Below are positions 8,577 to 16,185 of a DNA stretch of 32,000 bases, piece after piece; position 1 is the first letter of the stretch, and each line of letters opens with the position of its first letter. The translations under genes were made by a program, and so were the position numbers. The notes below the pieces were generated by a model, which saw only the letters and a list, made by a program, of their open reading frames with translations, made no database searches and was not told the DNA's origin. The DNA is from an uncultured Opitutales bacterium (GTDB lineage Bacteria; Verrucomicrobiota; Verrucomicrobiia; Opitutales; Intestinicryptomonadaceae), in contig CAKUIA010000014.1 of NCBI GenBank assembly GCA_934660865.1, forward strand, positions 30,001 through 62,000. The letters run 5' to 3'.

Positions 8577-9896
8577 TTAGCCTATTATTTTATCAAAAAC
8601 GGCCTCTATTTTGCCCTGCGGGGCAATTTTTTCCAATTTCGCCTCTACAAGCGTGTTTTTTAGCCCGTTTTTGTTTAAATTTGCAACCTCGCAGTGTATG
8701 TAGTTGTCGGTATAGCCCAAATAGTTTCCGTTATCGAGCCTGTTTTCGAGCAATATTTTGCCTCTTTTGCCAAGTTGGGCCTTTGCAAAATTGTAGTGCA
8801 GCTGTTTTGCGACTTTGCGCATAAGGTCTGAACGGCGCTTTTTTTCGCAATAGGGAATTTGGTTTGGCATTGTTTTGGCCAGTGTTTTGTCGGCCGCCGA
8901 AAACGTGAAGACGTGCGCATATGCCAATTTTGAATTTTGCAGAATGTCAATGCACTCTAAAAAGTCGTCTTCGCTTTCGCCGGGGTGCCCGCAAATAAGG
9001 TCGGTGCCTATTGCAATGTCGGGGCACTGCGTTTGCGCGGTTTTTACCATATCCAAAAAATCTGCAACCGTGTGTTTGCGGCGCATTTTTACCAGCGTTT
9101 TTTCGCACAAATTTTGGACTACAATATGCAGGTGCCTTGCAAGCTTTGCGTTCGGCAAATTCATTCTCTGCAAAAGCGCTTCAAGGGCAAAGTCGGGCGG
9201 CTCTATAGAGCCTATTCTTACCCGCAAAATTTCGTCTATGTCGCAAAGGCTGTCTACAACGTCCGGCAATGTATTGTTTGCGTCTTTATACTGCGAAATG
9301 TTTATGCCCGTAATTATAAGCTCGCGCACGCCGCGCTTTGCAAGCGAAATGGCCTCGGCTTTAATGTCTTTTAGCGGGCGGCTGCGGGCCCTGCCGCGGG
9401 CACGGGGTATTATGCAATACGAACACGCATTGTCGCAGCCGTCCTGTATTTTTATGTTGCTTCGGTCGCTTAAAATGGTTGTTGCCGCATTTTCGGTTTC
9501 CGTATTGGCCTGCGGCACGGGAAAAGGCGACATAAATACCTTTGCCGCATTTTCGGGCGGGTTGTTGGCTATTATGTTTGGCAGGTCAAATTTATAGTCG
9601 TTGCCTACAACCCATTTTACGTTTTCTATCCCGCACAGGGCGTTGGCGTCGGTTTGGGCGTAGCAGCCCGTTAAAGCCACGTTTGCATTGGGGCTTTTCG
9701 ATAAAAAATGCCGCACGTTGTTGCGCGTTTTTGCCCTGGCTAGCGACGTAAGCGCGCAGGTGTTTACCACAATTAAAGACGCGTTTTCGGGCGAATTTAA
9801 AACTTCGTAGCCGAGCGAGCCGAAAAGGTCCTTTAAGACGACAGCCTCGTATTGGTTAACCCTGCAACCCAAAGAATGTATAAAAACCGTATTCAA
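8577..9896 (-). CDS. mtaB: Radical-SAM tRNA methylthiotransferase, MtaB-like (MiaB family)
   Basis: N-terminal UPF0004 motif (LGCRVNQYE). The radical-SAM cluster motif is CDNACSYCIIP. A C-terminal TRAM-like region is present. The only possible start is the TTG at 9896, directly after an in-frame stop. Confidence 0.85.
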   Translation of the reverse strand: MNTVFIHSLGCRVNQYEAVVLKDLFGSLGYEVLNSPENASLIVVNTCALTSLARAKTRNNVRHFLSKSPNANVALTGCYAQTDANALCGIENVKWVVGNDYKFDLPNIIANNPPENAAKVFMSPFPVPQANTETENAATTILSDRSNIKIQDGCDNACSYCIIPRARGRARSRPLKDIKAEAISLAKRGVRELIITGINISQYKDANNTLPDVVDSLCDIDEILRVRIGSIEPPDFALEALLQRMNLPNAKLARHLHIVVQNLCEKTLVKMRRKHTVADFLDMVKTAQTQCPDIAIGTDLICGHPGESEDDFLECIDILQNSKLAYAHVFTFSAADKTLAKTMPNQIPYCEKKRRSDLMRKVAKQLHYNFAKAQLGKRGKILLENRLDNGNYLGYTDNYIHCEVANLNKNGLKNTLVEAKLEKIAPQGKIEAVFDKIIG

Positions 9897-9922
9897 TTAG
9901 CCAACTAAAGATTAAACAAAGG

Positions 9923-9951
9923 ATAATCTAAAAGTGTTAAAATTTCGTCAA
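9923..9951 (-). promoter_or_regulatory. Sigma70-type promoter candidate for mtaB
   Basis: Minus strand reads TTGACG (9951-9946), a 17-nt spacer, then GATTAT (9928-9923). It sits just downstream of the fadL-like terminator and about 26 nt upstream of the start. Confidence 0.4.
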
Positions 9952-9966
9952 GTATTGTTTAAAACA

Positions 9967-9996
9967 AAAAAGCCGCTCTTTTGTTGAACGGCTTTT
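9967..9996 (-). terminator. Rho-independent terminator downstream of the FadL-like gene
   Basis: Stem AAAAGCCG (9968-9975) / CGGCTTTT (9989-9996). On the minus strand it is followed by UUUUUUGUUUU. The stem is AU-rich. Confidence 0.5.
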
Positions 9997-10004
9997 GTTA
10001 AAGG

Positions 10005-11258
10005 CTAAAACTTTAGGCTTATTTGCAGCGCAACCGTTTGGTTGTTGCCGAAGTAGTGCCCCTTAACATTCGCGTAGGGGGTTGTTGGCACTTCGTCTAC
10101 GTTGGTATTGCCTATAAAGAAAAGATATTGATAGCCCAAATCCATCGAAATTCTTTCGTTAAACACATAGCCGAAGCCGCAGGTTAGCCAAAGCCTGTCG
10201 GCGCAGGGAATGCGCGCGGTTCTATATTCGTACGAGCGTATGGGCGTTTCGTCGAAAGCCGTGCCTATTCTTAGCACCAAATTTTCGTTAAAGTCGGGGT
10301 AGTAGTGCACGCCGAAAGAAATTCTGGAAGTGTCTTTCCAGTTTTCGTATCTATACGAGGCAAACACGGGGCTTTTTATGTCGAGATTTTCGAATAGCGA
10401 CCACATTGTGTAGGTGTAGTCGGCCATAACGGCAAAGTTGCTAAGTTTGCCCCAAAGCCTTTGATACCAGCTTATGTTGAAGGTATGCGGGGTATCTATT
10501 ACGGTGGAAACGGGCGCGGTTATGTTGCCCATTGTGCCGTTGCCGCTAAGTTCCTGCGAAACGGAGCTGCGCCAGGCGAATGCAAAGCGGCCGTCTTTTG
10601 CGTAGTTTACCGCAAAGCCTATGTTGCCGCCAACGCTCCAAGAGTCGGCGGTAAGCCTTATTCTTTGGTTTGTTATGGGCCTGTCTTGAGTAAGTTTTGC
10701 GTAGAAATATTGCGCCGAAATGCCGCAGCCAACCGAAAGCCAGTCGTTTACCTTGTAGCAAACAGAGGGGTTGAAATCTACCGACATCAAATAGCTTGTT
10801 ATTGCCATGTGTCTGCCGCCCCAAAATTCGGGGTAGTCGGTGCTAAGCCCGTAGGGAACGGTTACGGAAAGGCCGCCGTAAAAGTCTTCCGAAAATCTGT
10901 GCAAAACAAACATATTTGGCAGCGGCGTAATTGGCGCGCAGTTTTCTATTGTGCCGAAGTTTTCGCCCAAATAGTTCGAGCTTTCCGAAGCGTCTAAGCT
11001 TAAGTTAGGTATTATAAGGTTTGCGGAAATATCCACCCTTGTTTCGCCTATGTTCAGGTTTGAATATACCGCGCTTGCAATGTTCCAAAAGGCGGCAGAT
11101 GCGTCGTTATTGGCGTTTGCGCCGGCGCCCGCTACGGCGGTGCCCAAGTTTGCGGCTCCCTGCTCCAAAATTTGGAAGCCCGAAGCGTATGTGTTTGTCG
11201 AAGCAAAGCCTATAAATGCCGCCGAAAATGCAGTTAAATACCTAAGTTTTTTTATCAT
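10005..11258 (-). CDS. fadL: FadL/TodX-family outer-membrane transporter for hydrophobic compounds
   Basis: Signal peptide followed by the family N-terminus SGFQILEQGAANLGTAVAGAG. The alternating beta-strand pattern runs throughout. The protein ends in an aromatic residue (...ISLKF). Confidence 0.85.
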   Translation of the reverse strand: MIKKLRYLTAFSAAFIGFASTNTYASGFQILEQGAANLGTAVAGAGANANNDASAAFWNIASAVYSNLNIGETRVDISANLIIPNLSLDASESSNYLGENFGTIENCAPITPLPNMFVLHRFSEDFYGGLSVTVPYGLSTDYPEFWGGRHMAITSYLMSVDFNPSVCYKVNDWLSVGCGISAQYFYAKLTQDRPITNQRIRLTADSWSVGGNIGFAVNYAKDGRFAFAWRSSVSQELSGNGTMGNITAPVSTVIDTPHTFNISWYQRLWGKLSNFAVMADYTYTMWSLFENLDIKSPVFASYRYENWKDTSRISFGVHYYPDFNENLVLRIGTAFDETPIRSYEYRTARIPCADRLWLTCGFGYVFNERISMDLGYQYLFFIGNTNVDEVPTTPYANVKGHYFGNNQTVALQISLKF

Positions 11259-11267
11259 ATAAACAAA

Positions 11268-11318
11268 ATAATGAACAAACGTTCACCGCAAGTCAATGCT
11301 TAAGTGAACATTTGTTCA
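11268..11318 (-). promoter_or_regulatory. fadL-like promoter candidate with two palindromic operator-like boxes
   Basis: Minus strand reads TTGACT (11296-11291), a 17-nt spacer, then CATTAT (11273-11268). Box 1 is TGAACAAACGTTCA (11272-11285) and lies in the spacer. Box 2 is TGAACATTTGTTCA (11305-11318) and lies just upstream of the -35. The box centres are 33 bp apart. Confidence 0.5.
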
Positions 11319-11360
11319 TTTTAATGCAATGCGCTTATTTATAAACGGTTAAATATGTAT

Positions 11361-11394
11361 AACAAAAAAACGCCCAATGTAAAAAAGGGCGTTT
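11361..11394 (-). terminator. Rho-independent terminator downstream of the GH43 gene
   Basis: Stem AAACGCCC (11368-11375) / GGGCGTTT (11387-11394). On the minus strand it is followed by a U-run. Confidence 0.6.
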
Positions 11395-11418
11395 GGCTTG
11401 TAAAATATATGAATTTGC

Positions 11419-12666
11419 CTAATTTTTTTTGTCGAAGAACGACAAGTCCCATTTGTCTTGCCAGTAGAACACGGGGGTGTCGTTTTCCCACTGTATTGGC
11501 AGAAATATGTACCTGCCGTCTATGGCGTCGTTCGGGTTCCAGCGGTCGCCGACATAAATAAACGAATCGGGTTTATTCTCCACCTTGATTACCGCGGTGC
11601 TTTGCGAGCGGAAAGTTGTGTCGGCGTCGGCATTGGGGGCAAATTTTGTTTCGGGCTGGCCTTTGCCGCGGCAGGGGTTGCCAAGCTCGTACCACGGGCC
11701 CATTATGTTGTTTGCCACCGAAACCCGTCCGGCATTGGGCGCCCAGCCAGTGCAGTGCGACGAAAACATATAGTATTTGCCCTTTGTTTTAAAAAGCGCG
11801 GGGGCTTCGTGGTATTGGCCTACAAAGTTTAGCGTGTATTTGCCCGTAAAGTTTAAAAAGCTTTCGTCCAATTCGGAAACAATAAGTGAAGAATTGCCAA
11901 GTGAAGCCGATATTATATAGGCTTTGCCGTTGTCGTCTAAAAATGCGGTAAAGTCGCGGCTATATTGGCCCTCCTTAAAATGCCTTGCAAAAATGTCGTT
12001 GGCCGTTCCGTTTTTTATCGAAGCTCCGTTAAAGGTCATTTCGCTGTTTTGCTTTCCCGATTTTACCAGGTCTACAAGCTCTTCGCTTGCATTTTGCGGC
12101 AAAACGTTTGCGTGCAGGCGCTGTGCTTTTACAAATTTATACGGGCCTTCTACGCTGTTTGCCACGGCAAAGCCAAGCAGCGACGAAGAATAGTCGGGGC
12201 TTTCCTTTTCTATTGCGTTCAAGCTCGGGTCTTTTGCGGTTTTTCCCTTTCTGGGTTCCAAGTGGAAAAACATTACGTATTTGCCCGTCTTTTTATTGAA
12301 CAAAACTTTGGGGCGCTCGACTATGGCGCCTACAAAAATTTCGCTTTCGGGGTTGTCCGACATTTCAAGGGCAATGCCCATATCTTTCCAGTTATATAAA
12401 TCCTGCGAGCTATAGCAGTGTACGCCCAAAACGGATTTGTTGCCCAAAACGCCGCCAAGCTTGTGTTCGCCAAACATATAGTATTTGCCGTTGTCGAAAA
12501 TAAAGCCGGCCCCGTGGGCGTTTATGTGGCGGCCGTTGTTGTCCAGCCAAATTTTTGACGGGTAAAAGGCGTTGTATTCCTTTATTTTTGCCGAATTTAC
12601 GCTTGGGCTGGTGCAGCCGCACAATAGGGCGCCCAGCGCAAATATAATTGCCAGTTGTTTTTTCAT
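11419..12666 (-). CDS. Glycoside hydrolase family 43-like lipoprotein
   Basis: Lipobox (LLCGC). The sequence has a five-bladed-propeller-like pattern (GAGFIFDNGKYYMFGEH..., VERPKVLF...KYVMFFH, HEAPALFK.KGKYYMF). The family assignment is by eye only. I chose the ATG at 12666 (MKKQLAII...), 4 nt after the upstream stop. Confidence 0.75.
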   Translation of the reverse strand: MKKQLAIIFALGALLCGCTSPSVNSAKIKEYNAFYPSKIWLDNNGRHINAHGAGFIFDNGKYYMFGEHKLGGVLGNKSVLGVHCYSSQDLYNWKDMGIALEMSDNPESEIFVGAIVERPKVLFNKKTGKYVMFFHLEPRKGKTAKDPSLNAIEKESPDYSSSLLGFAVANSVEGPYKFVKAQRLHANVLPQNASEELVDLVKSGKQNSEMTFNGASIKNGTANDIFARHFKEGQYSRDFTAFLDDNGKAYIISASLGNSSLIVSELDESFLNFTGKYTLNFVGQYHEAPALFKTKGKYYMFSSHCTGWAPNAGRVSVANNIMGPWYELGNPCRGKGQPETKFAPNADADTTFRSQSTAVIKVENKPDSFIYVGDRWNPNDAIDGRYIFLPIQWENDTPVFYWQDKWDLSFFDKKN

Positions 12667-12670
12667 ATTC

Positions 12671-13456
12671 TTATTCGAAATTTGCGGGATATTGCAGTAG
12701 TGCATAGGTTAAAGCCGCCGCCATTCTTTGGTGGCCCTTTGCGTTGGGGTGAAGCCTGTCGGTGTCTTTATTCGAAAAATATTGGTAGTGCTTGGGCTCG
12801 TTCGGGTAAAGCCCGCAAAGCGAATTTAAGTCTATTACGGGTACTGCCCAAATGTTTGTCGCTTCTTTTACGGCCTTTACGTAGTCGTCTATAAAAAGCC
12901 CCAGGGCGTTGGCGTAGCTTTCGTCGGGTTGTATGTTTTTGGGGCCGAATTTGGCGTAGCTACGGTGAATGGGCGTTAACAATATAATCTGTTTTTCGGG
13001 AAATTCGCTTTTTAAAAGCGCCATTAAAACGTTAATTCTGCCTTTAAGCGTGCCTTTGTCCAAAACCAAGTTGCGGTGTTTTCTAAGTTCGGTTTTGTCG
13101 TCGGCTTGTACTTTTTTATAGTCGTACGAAAACCATTCGCCTATGGGAACGGAGCGGTTAAAATCGTTTGTGCCCGCAAACACAATAACTGCGTCTATGT
13201 CGGGGTGATCTTGTTTTGCAAGCCTTGCCTGCGCCGTAAGCCCCGAAAATTGGCTTCCGTTTATGGCGTATACAACGGGTGTAATGCCCAAAGTTTCCTC
13301 CAAAAACTGCCAATAGTTCTTTTTTGTTCCAATGTGGGCTTTGTCGGAAATCGAGTCGCCCAAAAACGCAACTTTTTTGCCGTTCCACTGGCATTTTATC
13401 TGCGCAAACGAGCAGGCGCAAAAGGCAAACAATGCAAAAATTGTAAATAGTTTCAT
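12671..13456 (-). CDS. SGNH/GDSL-family hydrolase (carbohydrate esterase-like), secreted
   Basis: Signal peptide. Block I is FLGDSIS, block III is GTNDF and block V is DRLHPN. I chose the ATG at 13456 (MKLFTIF...), which removes the overlap with upp implied by the ORF track. Confidence 0.8.
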   Translation of the reverse strand: MKLFTIFALFAFCACSFAQIKCQWNGKKVAFLGDSISDKAHIGTKKNYWQFLEETLGITPVVYAINGSQFSGLTAQARLAKQDHPDIDAVIVFAGTNDFNRSVPIGEWFSYDYKKVQADDKTELRKHRNLVLDKGTLKGRINVLMALLKSEFPEKQIILLTPIHRSYAKFGPKNIQPDESYANALGLFIDDYVKAVKEATNIWAVPVIDLNSLCGLYPNEPKHYQYFSNKDTDRLHPNAKGHQRMAAALTYALLQYPANFE

Positions 13457-13472
13457 CGTATTTTTTGTTTTT

Positions 13473-14105
13473 TTATAGAGTTCCGAAAAGCCTGTCGCCC
13501 GCGTCGCCAAGCCCGGGCAAAATATAGGCGTTTTCGTTCAAATCGCGGTCGTGTACGCCAATGTATATGTCTACATCGGGATGGGCTTTTGTTAAAGTTT
13601 CTTCGCCTTGGGGTGCCGAAACAATGTTTAGCATTGTAATGTCTTTTATGCCGCGTTTTTTTAGCATTGTAATTGCGGCCGCTGCACTGCCGCCTGTTGC
13701 AAGCATTGGGTCTAGCACAAAAACTTTGCATTTGTCGGCATTGGGGGGCAGTTTGCAATAATATTCTACAGGCTCTTTTGTTTTGTGATCTCTATACAAG
13801 CCGATGTGGCCCGTGCTTGCAAAGGGCATAAGCTCTAAAAGGGCGTCTACCATGCCAAGGCCGGCGCGCAAAATGGGCACAAGCAAAACGGGGGTTTCAA
13901 CAAATTCGCCGTTGGTAGTTTCCAGCGGAGTTTTTACGGGGCTTTTTTTAAGCGAAAGTTTTTGCGTGGCCTCGAACCCTATAAGCAGCGAAATTTCCCT
14001 GACAAGCCTGCGAAACTCGCTTGTGGGAGTGTTTTCGTCTCTAAGCATCGAAATTTTATGCTTAATTAAAGGGTGTGTCATGTAATGGATTTTGCCGTTT
14101 AACAT
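13473..14105 (-). CDS. upp: Uracil phosphoribosyltransferase
   Basis: Full-length colinearity with Upp as I recall it: HPLIKHK, ILRAGLGM, the PRPP loop DPMLATGGS, and YILPGLGDAGDRLFGT at the C-terminus. Confidence 0.95.
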   Translation of the reverse strand: MLNGKIHYMTHPLIKHKISMLRDENTPTSEFRRLVREISLLIGFEATQKLSLKKSPVKTPLETTNGEFVETPVLLVPILRAGLGMVDALLELMPFASTGHIGLYRDHKTKEPVEYYCKLPPNADKCKVFVLDPMLATGGSAAAAITMLKKRGIKDITMLNIVSAPQGEETLTKAHPDVDIYIGVHDRDLNENAYILPGLGDAGDRLFGTL

Positions 14106-14228
14106 AGCAGAAAATGCTAATTGTTGCGCATTTAACTACAAGCAAAAAAGTGAGGGGAGTTTCTTCAAAAAAAAATGCGCAAAAGTATGGCATAATTGTC
14201 GCAAACTTTGCGGCGCGATATAGCGTAT

Positions 14229-14265
14229 TAAAAAATGCGCAAAGCTTTTCGGCCCTGCGCATTTT
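14229..14265 (-). terminator. Rho-independent terminator downstream of the Na/Pi cotransporter gene
   Basis: Stem AAAATGCGCA (14232-14241) / TGCGCATTTT (14256-14265). The minus-strand transcript ends ...GCGCAUUUUUUAAU. Confidence 0.6.
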
Positions 14266-14276
14266 GCAAATAAATT

Positions 14277-15989
14277 CTATGCCACGGGTTTTGCGGCGGG
14301 CTTTACTTTTGCCGAATCCACTTTGGGGATTTTGTCGTAAAAGTTTGAGGCGCGCTCTACAATGTTAAAGAGGTTCTTCGAAATTTTGCGCATGGCTTCA
14401 AGCAATTCCAAATATAAAATGCCGACTTCGGGGCGGCATTTGCCGTTTTTAATGCGCTCCATATGCTCGGTTTCAAGGCGGCTTAGAGTGTCTACAATGT
14501 CGCTTCTAAACATATCCGAAATCTTTTGGGCGTCGGGGGTTTTCTTTTCCAAAAGCGAAATCGAAAATTCCGCCAATGCGTTAAGTTTTTGGCAGATTTG
14601 GTTGAACTCGTTTTCGGCTTCGGCGCTGAAAGAATATTTGTTTTTAAGCATTCTTTCCATTACAGAATGTATTACAAAGGTAAGGTCGCCTATACGTTCG
14701 GCGTCGTTGGTGCAGTGCAAAAGAACGGGTATTTGCTCGGCCTCGTTTTGGGTAAGGTTCTTTTGCATTAGCTTGGCGAGATATTCTGTAATGTCTTTTT
14801 GGCGAATGTCTACGTCGTTTTCGCGCTCTTCAAGCTGGGCAACCATGCTTTTGTTGCGGTCGTCGTTTTGGTTGTACATTTTCAATGTGCAGTCTACCAT
14901 CTTCCACGACTTTTTAAGCATTTTGCGCAACGCCCCCGCAGTTTGCGCCAAGGCTATGGAGGGCGCGTTTAAGAAGTGCGGTTCCAGCCTCTGGTATTTT
15001 ACCTTTTCCTCCCTTACGGGCACAATCTTTTCGCAAATTCTCGCCAATAGGGGAATAAATGGGATTAAAATTATGGTTGTGCAAACATTGAAAATTGTGT
15101 GCGCGTTTGCAATTTCGCGGGGAACATCGCCAGCCTTGCACGACATTTTTACAATTTTAAAGAAAATGGGATCGCCCGAAACGGGAATGTAAAGACTTGC
15201 CACAACAGCGCAAACGCCCACAACATTGAATAGTGTATGTGCCATTGCCGCCTGTTTTGCAACGCGGTTTGCGGGAATTGCCGCAATTTGTGCCGTTACC
15301 GTGCTGCCTATGTTGCTGCCGAAAACAATGGCCGTTGCCGTATAGATATCTATTAAACCGCTGGCACCCAAAGCCACAACTATGCCCGAACATGCCGAAG
15401 AGCTTTGTATTATCAGGGTTGCAACCAAGCCTATGCCTATTGCGCCGATAAGCGAGAAAAACGGAATGTGCCCGTTTTCGGGCATACACTGGAAAGTTTG
15501 GAACACCGCCATAAAGCTTGGGTTGTCGGAAAGCGACTTAAGGTCGTTCGACATTATCTGCATGCCGAAAAACAAAAAGCCCAAGCCTATAATTGTTTCG
15601 CTCCAGTTGCGAATTGCCGGCTTGGGTATAAAGCTTACAACTAAACCCAGCGTGATTGCGGGCATAATAATCCAGCTAATGTCGAAGGCTACAAGCTGGG
15701 CGGTAATTGTTGTACCTATGTTGGCTCCGAATATAATGCCTATTGCCTGAACCAAACTTAATAGGCCTGCGTTTACAAAACCTATAACCATAACCGTTGT
15801 GGCGCTAGACGACTGTATTACCGCCGTAACCGTAGCTCCCGTAAGGATTGCCACATATTTGTTCGACGAAAACAGCCCTAAAATTGTGCGCATTTTTTCG
15901 CCCGCAACGGTGTTTAAGCCGTCGCTCATCATTTTCATTCCGAGAATGAAAATAGCCAAACCTCCGATAACGTTAAGTATCAATTCCAT
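14277..15989 (-). CDS. Na+/phosphate cotransporter family protein (NptA/YjbB-like) with C-terminal PhoU-like region
   Basis: Two Na_Pi_cotrans repeats carry QSSSATT and QSSSACS. A helical, charged C-terminal half of about 220 aa follows, typical of the PhoU-like domains fused in this family. Confidence 0.9.
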   Translation of the reverse strand: MELILNVIGGLAIFILGMKMMSDGLNTVAGEKMRTILGLFSSNKYVAILTGATVTAVIQSSSATTVMVIGFVNAGLLSLVQAIGIIFGANIGTTITAQLVAFDISWIIMPAITLGLVVSFIPKPAIRNWSETIIGLGFLFFGMQIMSNDLKSLSDNPSFMAVFQTFQCMPENGHIPFFSLIGAIGIGLVATLIIQSSSACSGIVVALGASGLIDIYTATAIVFGSNIGSTVTAQIAAIPANRVAKQAAMAHTLFNVVGVCAVVASLYIPVSGDPIFFKIVKMSCKAGDVPREIANAHTIFNVCTTIILIPFIPLLARICEKIVPVREEKVKYQRLEPHFLNAPSIALAQTAGALRKMLKKSWKMVDCTLKMYNQNDDRNKSMVAQLEERENDVDIRQKDITEYLAKLMQKNLTQNEAEQIPVLLHCTNDAERIGDLTFVIHSVMERMLKNKYSFSAEAENEFNQICQKLNALAEFSISLLEKKTPDAQKISDMFRSDIVDTLSRLETEHMERIKNGKCRPEVGILYLELLEAMRKISKNLFNIVERASNFYDKIPKVDSAKVKPAAKPVA

Positions 15990-16110
15990 ATATGTTGTTT
16001 TTGGGGGTATTGTTGCAATATCGGCGCAAAGTCGGGCGCAAACATTGTTATAATAGTATAAGCTTTTTATTAGATTTTATTCTTTCGCTTTTGTCAAACG
16101 TATTAGGAGA

Positions 16111-16158
16111 AAAGAAAAAGGCGCACCGCAAGCAAATGCAAGTGCGCCCTTTTTTTTG
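16111..16158 (-). terminator. Rho-independent terminator downstream of the GH97 gene (bidirectional shape)
   Basis: Stem GGCGCAC (16120-16126) / GTGCGCC (16142-16148). It is flanked by an A-rich run on one side and T8 on the other. Confidence 0.65.
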
Positions 16159-16185
16159 TGCGGCGTTTAAGCCGAAATTTTAAGG

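Noticed and set aside
11272-11318. Reading the two GAAC-N4-GTTC palindromes as LexA (Cheo-type) SOS boxes.
   Set aside because: The core does match the Gram-positive-type SOS box. However, a FadL-family porin is not a typical SOS gene, no DNA-repair genes are nearby, and the LexA motif of this lineage is unknown. It is kept as an alternative inside the operator finding, not called.
15992-16183. 63-aa ORF filling the intergenic region between the Na/Pi transporter and GH97 genes. Small ORFs at 14062-14368 are similar.
   Set aside because: They span terminator hairpins and promoter regions, have no motifs, and lie on the strand opposite to the surrounding transcription.
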